Origin: Hydrurus foetidus | Lineage: Eukaryota | Assembly (NCBI GenBank): GCA_900617105.1 | Contig: UYFQ01000458.1 | Span: 1 to 40,859 of the forward strand | Length of the DNA stretch: 40,859 nt | Direction: 5' to 3' | Shown here: one piece after another, positions 11,321 through 20,790 of the stretch | How positions within the stretch are numbered: position 1 is the stretch's first letter | Layout of the letters: the number at the start of each line of letters is the position of its first letter | The notes under the pieces: model-generated | The model's input: the letters and a program-made list of their open reading frames with translations, nothing else | Database searches by the model: none | Told to the model about the DNA's origin: nothing | Made by a program: the position numbers and the translations under genes

Positions 11321-12913
11321 TTAATCTAGAGCCATTTTACCAGTTCTAGAAGGCCAAATTAATTTTCCTAACTCCCATAATTTATTAAAGTGAGTTACTA
11401 ATATGTTACGAAACTTAAAATTAGAGAGAGTCTGTAAACTTCTTGCTTCTTGAACCTCATTGATAACATCATTATCATCAACACCTACATCCTTGTTAAT
11501 ACGATTAATCTCATCACTTTCCAGAGTGGAGCAGTCAAATGCACGTGGATTATTTCCCTGGCGGCCACTACGAAATCTTCGAAATATAATTGGATCACAG
11601 TAGGCTTCTGTATCTCCTGGGGCATGCCATCCCAGTTCGCCCTGGTAGGGACTTATTACCCCCTTATTCCATCTCCTATCCAGTCCATCGCAATTCAGTA
11701 ACATGTTGTGGAATGCACAACAAGTGAACCAAATATCGTCTACCACCTCCAAACCATGCATCCTTACACCGGTCTTAAGAATTCTCCATCGTCCTAAAGT
11801 TGAATTTAAATTATGGAGTATATGATAAGTATATGCTATGCAATACAGTGAAATTGATTTCTTACCTTTCATTATACCAAAGGTGCACTCAACATCTTTG
11901 CGCATTGATTCGGCCCATCTTGACCACCTTTGTTCTCTGACGGAAGATGACGCTTTGAAAGGGCATATCAGTGAGGTCCACGATGGATACCCTCCATCAA
12001 CAAGAATCCATGCACCTTTATAGTCCTTCTCTACACCCCTTTCATTATACAGAGAGAAAACATTGTCAGCAAGATAATTTCCTCTCTGAATGTCGGTAAT
12101 GAAGTCATCAAAACGGACTATAGTAGTATCGTTCCATCGTCCAGGGAAGCCAACAGTTGTTGCAAGTATCTGCCGGCGGTGATTGACAACAAGTTGATAT
12201 GCACGAGTTGTATGAGATTCCTTTCCCCCAAGATTCTGATTCTTTAAGCGCGCATAGCACTTCTCCATTATAATGTGAGTAACATCGGCAGATCCAATAC
12301 ATCCATTGAACGCCGCCGCCTTAAACTCTGACATATGATCTTTGACTTCATCTTCAGATTCTGGGCGTTTCACCCACATGGGATATAGAAAGTTCCTGCA
12401 AGCTTTGACAAACAAATTGAAGAAAACGCGATGTGACTCCTCAGATACCCCTGTAGCCTCGGCGATATCGTCAAAAGTCCACCCTCTTCCTAGATAGCGC
12501 AAAGCACCCAGAATGAATAAATCCAATGGAATCCCAGGTTGGTTACATGCATTCCGTCGTTCATAGGTGGGAAACCATTTTTGCTCTCTCGCCAGTGCCA
12601 CTAGACCTTGAAACTCGGCGTAGGGCATCCTGAATCGTCGCCTGAACTGGGCGTATTGACATTTATTTTTGAACCAACCGACTCCAGATACATATCTTCG
12701 GTACCATTCCGACTCCACAGCTTGGAATGGATCATACCCTTGATAGTTCCTTGCAGCATATGGTCTTTTTTCTTTAACAACTACTTGTTTCTGTTCTTCT
12801 TTACCCTCTTCATCCTCCTCGTCATCATTTCTATCTCGTTTCCTTTTATACGCAGCCCATTTATCAAATACGATAATTCCTTCATCATCAAAGATACTAG
12901 TGAACCTCTCCAT
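11321..12913 (-). CDS. PIF/Harbinger DDE transposase of inner element, with one 72-nt intron (11794-11865)
   Basis: FRRRFRMP, LRYLGRG, GCIGSADVTH, VDGGY, RKDVECTFG, CCAFHN. Removing a GTAAG...TTAG intron restores MKGRWRIL, matching LKGRFRCL in the outer transposase. Confidence 0.92.
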   Translation of the reverse strand: MERFTSIFDDEGIIVFDKWAAYKRKRDRNDDEEDEEGKEEQKQVVVKEKRPYAARNYQGYDPFQAVESEWYRRYVSGVGWFKNKCQYAQFRRRFRMPYAEFQGLVALAREQKWFPTYERRNACNQPGIPLDLFILGALRYLGRGWTFDDIAEATGVSEESHRVFFNLFVKACRNFLYPMWVKRPESEDEVKDHMSEFKAAAFNGCIGSADVTHIIMEKCYARLKNQNLGGKESHTTRAYQLVVNHRRQILATTVGFPGRWNDTTIVRFDDFITDIQRGNYLADNVFSLYNERGVEKDYKGAWILVDGGYPSWTSLICPFKASSSVREQRWSRWAESMRKDVECTFGIMKGKKSISLYCIAYTYHILHNLNSTLGRWRILKTGVRMHGLEVVDDIWFTCCAFHNMLLNCDGLDRRWNKGVISPYQGELGWHAPGDTEAYCDPIIFRRFRSGRQGNNPRAFDCSTLESDEINRINKDVGVDDNDVINEVQEARSLQTLSNFKFRNILVTHFNKLWELGKLIWPSRTGKMALD

Positions 12914-13259
12914 CTCAAATCAACTTTCAGATGTTGAATTGATGTCGATTAGGATGAGTTGTTAGTAATATAAATATTTTTTTCCTAATTATGTACCTGT
13001 ACAATCGAGGTACAAAAAAACTCAAGAATTTTGTCACAAGGGGCCTGTTTTGTACCTTGACAAAACAGGAAATTCACTTTTTTTTTTGTTTTTTGTTTTT
13101 TGTACTTCACTACAATCGAGAATCCAAGTAAGAGGTACAAAACAGGAATTTTGTATTTTGTATTTTGTACTCCACTGGGACCGACCTAAGGGTCAGCCCG
13201 GGGTCAATCACCAATACGGATTGTTGATCACGATTTTTTTGAAATCCGTATTCCGTAAT

Positions 13260-13281
13260 CGGTGCGCTATAAGGTTTGGCC
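13260..13281 (-). repeat. Right TIR of outer Harbinger
   Basis: Exact reverse complement of 5060-5081, followed by TGA. Confidence 0.93.
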
Positions 13282-13464
13282 TGACCGGCACAATACTATC
13301 AGATTTCTCACACGGAAATCATCGAACAGGCTCTAATCGAATAAATAGGACAGCGACACCGTTCAACTGAAATTTCCCACTTGAACCACAATCTACAGCC
13401 TTCCATAACCTCACTGCTGCAGGAAGTCAGCTGAAGCCTTCACGAGATTCCCAAACGCGCAGCA

Positions 13465-16400
13465 ATGGAAAAGCCTCTGTTGAATCACTTATATCCTGTT
13501 CCTACTCTTCCATTTGGACACGGCCATGAACATCAAACTGCAATTAGCCACCAGAACTGCTGTGATAATAAGCACTGCGCGAACGACGTCCCGACAAAGA
13601 TCGTAAAGCCAGTCAGCTGCTGCGATGCGAATAATTGTCAGGATAGCTTGACAAGAGCGCATGATGAAAGTAGCCACCGTACCTACGATCACTGCCACGA
13701 TGCCACTGAGGAATCAGCGGCTAAGAATCATCAGACCTGCTGCGATAATAAGCACTGCGTGAACGACGTCCCGACAAAGATCGTAAAGCCAGTCAGCTGC
13801 TGCGATGCAAATAATTGTCAGGATAGCTTGACAAGAGCGCATGATGAGAGTAGCCACCGTACCTACGATCACTGCCACGATGCCACTGAGGAATCAGCGG
13901 CTAAGAATCATCAGACCTGCTGTGATAATAAGCACTGCGCGAACGACGTCCCGACAAAGATCGTAAAGCCAGTCAGCTGCTGCGATGCGAATAATTGTCA
14001 GGATAGCTTGACAAGAGCGCATGATGAGAGTAGCCACCGTACCTACGATCACTGCCACGATGCCACTGAGGAATCAGCGGCTAAGAATCATCAGACCTGC
14101 TGCGATAATAAGCACTGCGTGAACGACGTCCCGACAAAGATCGTAAAGCCAGTCAGCTGCTGCGATGCGAATAATTGTCAGGATAGCTTGACAAGAGCGC
14201 ATGATGAGAGTAGCCACCGTACCTACGATCACTGCCACGATGCCACTGAGGAATCAGCGGCTAAGAATCATCAGACCTGCTGCAACAACACAGACTGCTG
14301 CTGGAGTGATGACGTCGAACAAGTGGATTGCGATTCCAGCTGTTGCAGCGATGGCAACTGTCGCTGTGATGCTGATCAGAAAACTGCTGGTTGCTGCAAA
14401 ACCCGCCAGAGCAGCATCAGCGTGCGGAAAGTTCGCGATGAAAAGACGAAACCGAAATGCTGCGAGTATCGTGACGAAATCCCAGAGAAAGGCGTATGCC
14501 GCGGCAAGTGCCCGAAAGCAACCTGCTCTCCCCGCCGCAACTCAAAAACCGCATCCTCTAATTGCTGCGACGACGAAAACTGTGGTATGGTCCCCATGGC
14601 GGTAACCGGAATTGCCTTCGCCCCTCGGTGCACCCCTAAGAACGACTCCGACTGTTGCGACGATGAGAACTGCGGAGTGGTACCTATGAGGGCAATTGGA
14701 AACACCTGCACCCCTCAACGCAACTCCGAAATCAATTCCCTTAACACGTGTTCTCCAAAAGAAATTCTTCCTACCGAAGATCTTCTCTCGCAAAACTCCA
14801 ACGTCGGTGCCTACGCGATACTTGTGCGAAGTGACGAGGACGATGGCGTCGTAAACAACAACTGTACCGCCTGTGACGCATGCGATCCATCGAGCAAGAT
14901 TCCTCACGCCATCAAAGTCTCCAGATTCAGAGTGGCGAACCTGTGTTGCGCAGGAGAAGAGAAAATCATCCGAACGTGTCTACAAGACATGCACGGTGTT
15001 GAAAATGTTGCCATCAATATCATCGGACGATACATCGTTATCAAACACTGCAACGTGGAATGCTGCGCCCCTGGCTCCAAGATCGTGGATGTTCTGAATG
15101 CGAAGCACATGGGAGCCAGTCTACAGGAGGCAGCGGGGAATGAGGACGGCGAGAAAGAGGGTTATGATTGGGTGCGAATAGCTCATGTCGCCATAGTTCT
15201 CGCCGTGTTCGTGTTGGGCATCATCCTGCAGTACACGTTCAAACCCAAAATAGCTTCCACCGTAACATACTTGGTGTCGACAGCTCTGGGAATGCCACCG
15301 ATATTGTACTCTTCCTACATCACGATACTGCGAAAAACAGTGTCCGTCCATATCCTCATGACAATAACTATTGCTGGTGCCATTGCTGGGTCAGAATACT
15401 TCGATGCAAGCCTCGTTGTGGTGCTGTTCATCTTAGCAGAGCTCATCGAGTCCATTGCAATGATGAAGGTCCGGCAAGCCATCAACGCGTCCTCCACCTC
15501 CATGGCGAAGGAAGCCTATCTCAGCAGCGGCAAGAAAGTCAAAATCGAAGATCTCAAGGTTGGCGACATTCTAGCCGTGAGAGCTGGCGAAATGATACTT
15601 GGAGACGGGATTGTGATCAAGGGTGAGGGCGTTGTTGACGAGAGCGCCTTGACCGGTGAGTCAGTTCCAGTCGTGAAGAAGCGCGGTGGAGCTGTTCTCA
15701 GCGGTACCGTGGTCCAGAACGGTTTCATGGAGGTCGAGCTCAATGTAGACTTCCTCAACTGCACCATGACTCGACTCAACCAGGAGGTAGCGGATGTGCA
15801 AGCTGATCGCGGGGAGTACGCGATGATTATGGATCGCTTCTCGCTTTACTGGACGCCCGGCGTGATCGTCGGTACCTTGATATTTGTTCTTGTGGGCGGC
15901 GGCGTGACGAAAGACTGGATGAACTATGTGTATCGCGGTCTGGTGCTACTTGTGCTGGCGTGTCCCTGCGCGATTGTGATAGCTGCCCCTATCCCTTCCG
16001 TGTGTGCGATTGCAGCTGCTGCCAAGAACGGGGTGTTGATCAGAGGATCGAGTGTGGTTGAGCGTATGAGTGCAATCAACACGATCGCCCTTGACAAAAC
16101 GGGAACACTGACGAAGGGTTTCTTCAAGGTGGGACGCCGCATGGTGTTGGACAGCAGCAGCGACGCTGACCCCATGCGCCTGGCAGCAGCGATTGAGCAG
16201 AAAAGCACCCATCCCCTCGCGCATGCTGTCGTGTCTGCGTACGTCGGATGCGTGGCGGACATGATTGAGAGCGACGTGCAGATGCCGAACGTACGCAAGA
16301 TCGTCGTGGAAGATGGCGTTGGTGTCTCCGGCTGGGTGGAGACAGAGGTCGATTTCTGGCAGCACGTGTCAATCGGAAATGAAAGACTTCTGAAGGCCAA

Positions 16401-17112
16401 TGGCGGCAAAGTCGTCGTATCACCTGAACAAGATGCGCTGATGGCCGACTTCAACAAACAATCTGATGGGCAAGTTGTGCTGACAGTTGCTATTGATGAC
16501 GAAGTCGCCCTAATGCTGTCGCTTTCTGATGAACTGCGCCCTGAAGCAACTGACTTCGTCACCTGCATGGTTCAGTTGAAGATGACTGTATCGATGCTTA
16601 CGGGAGACCAGGAGCAGGTGGCGATCGATGTGTGCAAGCAAGTGGGCATTCCTCTATCCGAGTGTAACTTCAGACTGCTTCCACGCGAGAAACTCGAATG
16701 GATCGAATTCAAGCAGAATACGACCAGCAACAAAAAGAAGAACAGAGTACTGATGGTCGGAGACGGCATCAACGACTCGATCGCCTTGACTGCAGCAGAT
16801 GTAGGGGTCGCGATGGGGGCGGGAGGGTCAGCCATGGCTGTCGCTTCGGCCGACATGATCCTCATGACCGACAACCTACTACTCATCCCAGAAGCCGTCC
16901 AGCTGTGCCGTCTCGCATGCAACGTCGTCGTGCAGAACTTTGCTTTCGCGATAGTAGTCAAGATCGTTGCCATTATTCTCGCACTGGTGGGTAGCCTGCA
17001 CTTTTGGCAGGCAGTGCTCGTGGACATGGGCACTCTGCTCTTCGTGATCGGCAACGGTATCCGTCCTCTGTTCTATGGAGACTTCACCTCCACGAACAGA
17101 AAGAAGCTTTGA
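13465..17112 (+). CDS. P1B-type heavy-metal ATPase, Zn/Cd-type (P1B-2-like), copy A, 1215 aa, intronless
   Basis: CCAGEE metal-binding domain, TGES, transmembrane CPC, DKTGTLT phosphorylation site, HP, TGD, GDGIND; ~480-aa Cys/His-rich N-terminal extension. Confidence 0.95.
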   Translation: MEKPLLNHLYPVPTLPFGHGHEHQTAISHQNCCDNKHCANDVPTKIVKPVSCCDANNCQDSLTRAHDESSHRTYDHCHDATEESAAKNHQTCCDNKHCVNDVPTKIVKPVSCCDANNCQDSLTRAHDESSHRTYDHCHDATEESAAKNHQTCCDNKHCANDVPTKIVKPVSCCDANNCQDSLTRAHDESSHRTYDHCHDATEESAAKNHQTCCDNKHCVNDVPTKIVKPVSCCDANNCQDSLTRAHDESSHRTYDHCHDATEESAAKNHQTCCNNTDCCWSDDVEQVDCDSSCCSDGNCRCDADQKTAGCCKTRQSSISVRKVRDEKTKPKCCEYRDEIPEKGVCRGKCPKATCSPRRNSKTASSNCCDDENCGMVPMAVTGIAFAPRCTPKNDSDCCDDENCGVVPMRAIGNTCTPQRNSEINSLNTCSPKEILPTEDLLSQNSNVGAYAILVRSDEDDGVVNNNCTACDACDPSSKIPHAIKVSRFRVANLCCAGEEKIIRTCLQDMHGVENVAINIIGRYIVIKHCNVECCAPGSKIVDVLNAKHMGASLQEAAGNEDGEKEGYDWVRIAHVAIVLAVFVLGIILQYTFKPKIASTVTYLVSTALGMPPILYSSYITILRKTVSVHILMTITIAGAIAGSEYFDASLVVVLFILAELIESIAMMKVRQAINASSTSMAKEAYLSSGKKVKIEDLKVGDILAVRAGEMILGDGIVIKGEGVVDESALTGESVPVVKKRGGAVLSGTVVQNGFMEVELNVDFLNCTMTRLNQEVADVQADRGEYAMIMDRFSLYWTPGVIVGTLIFVLVGGGVTKDWMNYVYRGLVLLVLACPCAIVIAAPIPSVCAIAAAAKNGVLIRGSSVVERMSAINTIALDKTGTLTKGFFKVGRRMVLDSSSDADPMRLAAAIEQKSTHPLAHAVVSAYVGCVADMIESDVQMPNVRKIVVEDGVGVSGWVETEVDFWQHVSIGNERLLKANGGKVVVSPEQDALMADFNKQSDGQVVLTVAIDDEVALMLSLSDELRPEATDFVTCMVQLKMTVSMLTGDQEQVAIDVCKQVGIPLSECNFRLLPREKLEWIEFKQNTTSNKKKNRVLMVGDGINDSIALTAADVGVAMGAGGSAMAVASADMILMTDNLLLIPEAVQLCRLACNVVVQNFAFAIVVKIVAIILALVGSLHFWQAVLVDMGTLLFVIGNGIRPLFYGDFTSTNRKKL
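13552..14283 (+). repeat. Coding tandem repeat, 180 bp (60 aa) x4, in HMA copy A
   Basis: Units start at ~13552, 13732, 13912 and 14092. Units 1/3 (tgt...gcg, HCAND) alternate with units 2/4 (tgc...gtg, HCVND), giving a 360-bp higher-order dimer. Confidence 0.95.
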
Positions 17113-20100
17113 TATGTCGTCGCTGGATTCCTCTTAAAAGGAACTGACGCATCTTGGAGTCATCGGTGGAATCCTCTACCTGTCAGAAACTTGACGCCAC
17201 TTCCAATGCTGACAAAGCACGAATAAATTCCATCCTATTGTTTTTCATCTCGTTTTCCTCAATCGAATATTCCTGTTTCACCATACGCCATAAAATAATT
17301 ATATGAAACCAGAATCTTTTATCGCCTTTGCTTTTGTACTCGCCGCTTACAAATCATTGGAAACTCATCGACTGTCAGTAACAGTACTTTTGATGTAACG
17401 GCCGCCTGGTTAAGTTACCCTAGTCATCCTCATCTACGAGGACAATAGCCGCAAATAGTCTCAAGCACAATTACTCTGTCACCATAATGTGAGTCTGGAT
17501 GAAGGTCAAGTACGTTCCGAATCGTGCGAGTTTTCACGCTTAGGAATGTCTTCAAATGGATGATGCCAATTGACGATACAACCTGCGATATGTATCCAAC
17601 AAAAACGTGCTTTCTAACACTACCTGTTTTTCAAAATCACTCACAGCACGAAGACATTTAATACGTCACTTTCGAATGCAGTCAGAAACTTACGCATTTT
17701 CCCGCAATTTGCCTCACCAGTGTACACTCCGATTGGACAGCTACACTTAAACAAAGGGCTCGCAGTGTTGAAATTACGAGCGGAAGCGCTTACGGGGTCA
17801 CCAATGTTATGCAGTAGCTACCTTAGATGCGACTCTTCTCGGTACAGTCGCTTGTTAAACTTGATATCGGTTCAATGATTGCCCATAAATTAAATTTGTG
17901 CACCAACATCTCTGTCTGCAGCCCAACAATACATCTCACTAATAAATCATAAATTACAAACCGAATACACACCAATCACCTGGAAATCAAAACTGTTGAA
18001 CGGTCACAAATGACCTGTAAATAGTGGTGATGCACTCAAACTTATGGTGACCTCGACAATATGCGGCATGTGACAACAGGATTTATGAGCATCAGGCACA
18101 TAAAAAACTGACATCCAATCTCATTTTCGATTGCAATAAATCAACGTGAGATGATGAACTTTTATATACTCGAATTTGTGGATTATATCAGCTACGCGAA
18201 CTTTTGAAAAAGAACTTATAATGAATGGTCACTTCACTTTCGACAACTTTTTAAAAAGGCAAAATATCAAATCACTAAAATCGCTAAAATTAAATTTTCA
18301 ATTTATTTAATGGTATATGATATCTTCTCATAGTTCGAAAAGAGACAACAAGATGCAAAAGAAAAGCGGAGGTATAATTCAGCATTGGAAGTGGTGTCAA
18401 GTTTCTGACAGGCAGAGGATTCCACCGATGACTCCAAGATGCATCAGTTCCTTTTAAGAGGAATCCAGCGACGACATATCAAAGCTTCTTTCGGTTCGTG
18501 GAGGTGAAGTCTCCATAGAACAGAGGACGGATACCGTTGCCGATCACGAAGAGCAGAGTGCCCATGTCCACGAGCACTGCCTGCCAAAAGTGCAGGCTAC
18601 CCACCAGTGCGAGAATAATGGCAACGATCTTGACTACTATCGCGAAAGCAAAGTTCTGCACGACGACGTTGCATGCGAGACGGCACAGCTGGACGGCTTC
18701 TGGGATGAGTAGTAGGTTGTCGGTCATGAGGATCATGTCGGCCGAAGCGACAGCCATGGCTGACCCTCCCGCCCCCATTGCGACCCCTACATCTGCTGCA
18801 GTCAAGGCGATCGAGTCGTTGATGCCGTCTCCGACCATCAGTACTCTGTTCTTCTTTTTGTTGCTGGTCGTATTCTGCTTGAACTCGATCCATTCGAGTT
18901 TCTCGCGTGGAAGCAGTCTGAAGTTACACTCGGATAGAGGAATGCCCACTTGCTTGCACACATCGATCGCCACCTGCTCCTGGTCTCCCGTAAGCATCGA
19001 TACAGTCATCTTCAACTGAACCATGCAGGTGACGAAGTCAGTTGCTTCATGGCGTAGTTCATCAGAAAGCGACAGCATTAGGGCAGCTTTATTATCAATA
19101 GCAACTGTCAGCACAACTTGCCCATCAGATTGTTTGTTGAAGTCGGCCATCAGCGCATCTTGTTCAGGTGATACGACGACTTTGCCGCCATTGGCCTTCA
19201 GAAGTCTTTCATTTCCGATTGACACGTGCTGCCAGAAATCGACCTCTGTCTCCACCCAGCCGGAGACACCAACGCCATCTTCCACGACGATCTTGTGTAC
19301 GTTCGGCATCTGCACGTCGCTCTCAATCATGTCCGCCACGCATCCGACGTACGCAGACACGACAGCATGCGCGAGGGGATGGGTGCTTTTCTGCTCAATC
19401 GCTGCTGCCAGGCGCATGGGGTCAGCGTCGCTGCTGCTGTCCAACACCATGCGGCGTCCCACCTTGAAGAAACCCTTCGTCAGTGTTCCCGTTTTGTCAA
19501 GGGCGATCGTGTTGATTGCACTCATACGCTCAACCACACTCGATCCTCTGATCAACACCCCGTTCTTGGCAGCAGCTGCAATCGCACACACGGAAGGGAT
19601 AGGGGCAGCTATCACAATCGCGCAGGGACACGCCAGCACAAGTAGCACCAGACCGCGATACACATAGTTCATCCAGTCTTTCGTCACGCCGCCGCCCACA
19701 AGAACAAATATCAAGGTACCGACGATCACGCCGGGCGTCCAGTAAAGCGAGAAGCGATCCATAATCATCGCGTACTCCCCGCGATCAGCTTGCACATCCG
19801 CTACCTCCTGGTTGAGTCGAGTCATGGTGCAGTTGAGGAAGTCTACATTGAGCTCGACCTCCATGAAACCGTTCTGGACCACGGTACCGCTGAGAACCGC
19901 CCCCCCGCGCTTCTTCACGACTGGAACTGACTCACCGGTCAAGGCGCTCTCGTCAACAACGCCCTCACCCTTGATCACAATCCCGTCTCCAAGTATCATT
20001 TCGCCAGCTCTCACGGCTAGAACATCGCCAACCTTGAGATCTTCGATTTTGACTTTCTTGCCGCTGCTGAGATAGGCTTCCTTCGCCATGGAGGTGGAGG

Positions 20101-20790
20101 ACGCGTTGATGGCTTGCCGGACCTTCATCATTGCAATGGACTCGATGAGCTCTGCTAAGATGAACAGCACCACAACGAGGCTTGCATCGAAGTATTCTGA
20201 CCCAGCAATGGCACCAGCAATAGTTATTGTCATGAGGATATGGACGGACACTGTTTTTCGCAGTATCGTGATGTAGGAGGCGTACAATATCGGTGGCATT
20301 CCCAGAGCTGTCGACACCAAGTATGTTACGGTGGAAGCTTGATTGACCGTCATCATGTACTGTAGAATGACCCCAAATGCAAACACTGCTAAAACAATGG
20401 CGACATGAGCTATTCGCACCCAATCATAACCCTCTTTCTCGCCGTCCTCATTCCCCGCTGCCTCCTGTAGACTGGCTCCCATGTGCTTCGCATTCAGAAC
20501 ATCCACGATCTTGGAGCCAGGGGCGCAGCATTCCACGTTGCAGTGTTTGATAACGATGTATCGCCCGATGATATTAACGGCAACATTTTCAACACCGTGC
20601 ATGTCTTGCAGACACGTTCGGATGATTTTCTCTTCTCCTGCACAACACAGATTCGCCACTCTGAATCTGGAGACTGTGATGGCATGAGGAATCTTGCTCG
20701 ATGGATCGCATCCGTCGCATTTATTCTTGTCGTCGCCATCGTCCTCATCATCATTGACAAGGATGGCATATGCACCGACGTTGGAGTTTG
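14800..20790. repeat. Large inverted repeat: arms ~14800-17212 and 18379-~20790, with a 1166-bp spacer
   Basis: The ATPase cores plus ~100 bp of 3' flank are near-identical reverse complements; identity stops at ...ccaatgctga (17212) and tcagcattgg... (18379). Confidence 0.93.

Larger units (their letters stand above)
8829..13186. mobile_element. Second PIF/Harbinger transposon (4358 bp) nested in the outer element
   Basis: 41-bp imperfect TIRs (8829-8869 and 13146-13186, 36/41 identical, GG...CC ends); TSD TAA at 8826-8828 and 13187-13189; has its own transposase and ORF2. Confidence 0.92.
5060..13281. mobile_element. PIF/Harbinger DNA transposon (outer element; ~3.86 kb without the nested insert)
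   Basis: Perfect 22-bp TIRs GGCCAAACCTTATAGCGCACCG (5060-5081 and 13260-13281); 3-bp TSD TGA at 5057-5059 and 13282-13284; encodes a Harbinger-type transposase plus an ORF2. Confidence 0.93.

Noticed and set aside
13552..14283. Regular repeat arrays (here and at 20885-21814) as CRISPR-like loci
   Set aside because: No unique spacers; units are multiples of 3 and in frame within ATPase genes; eukaryotic context with no cas genes.
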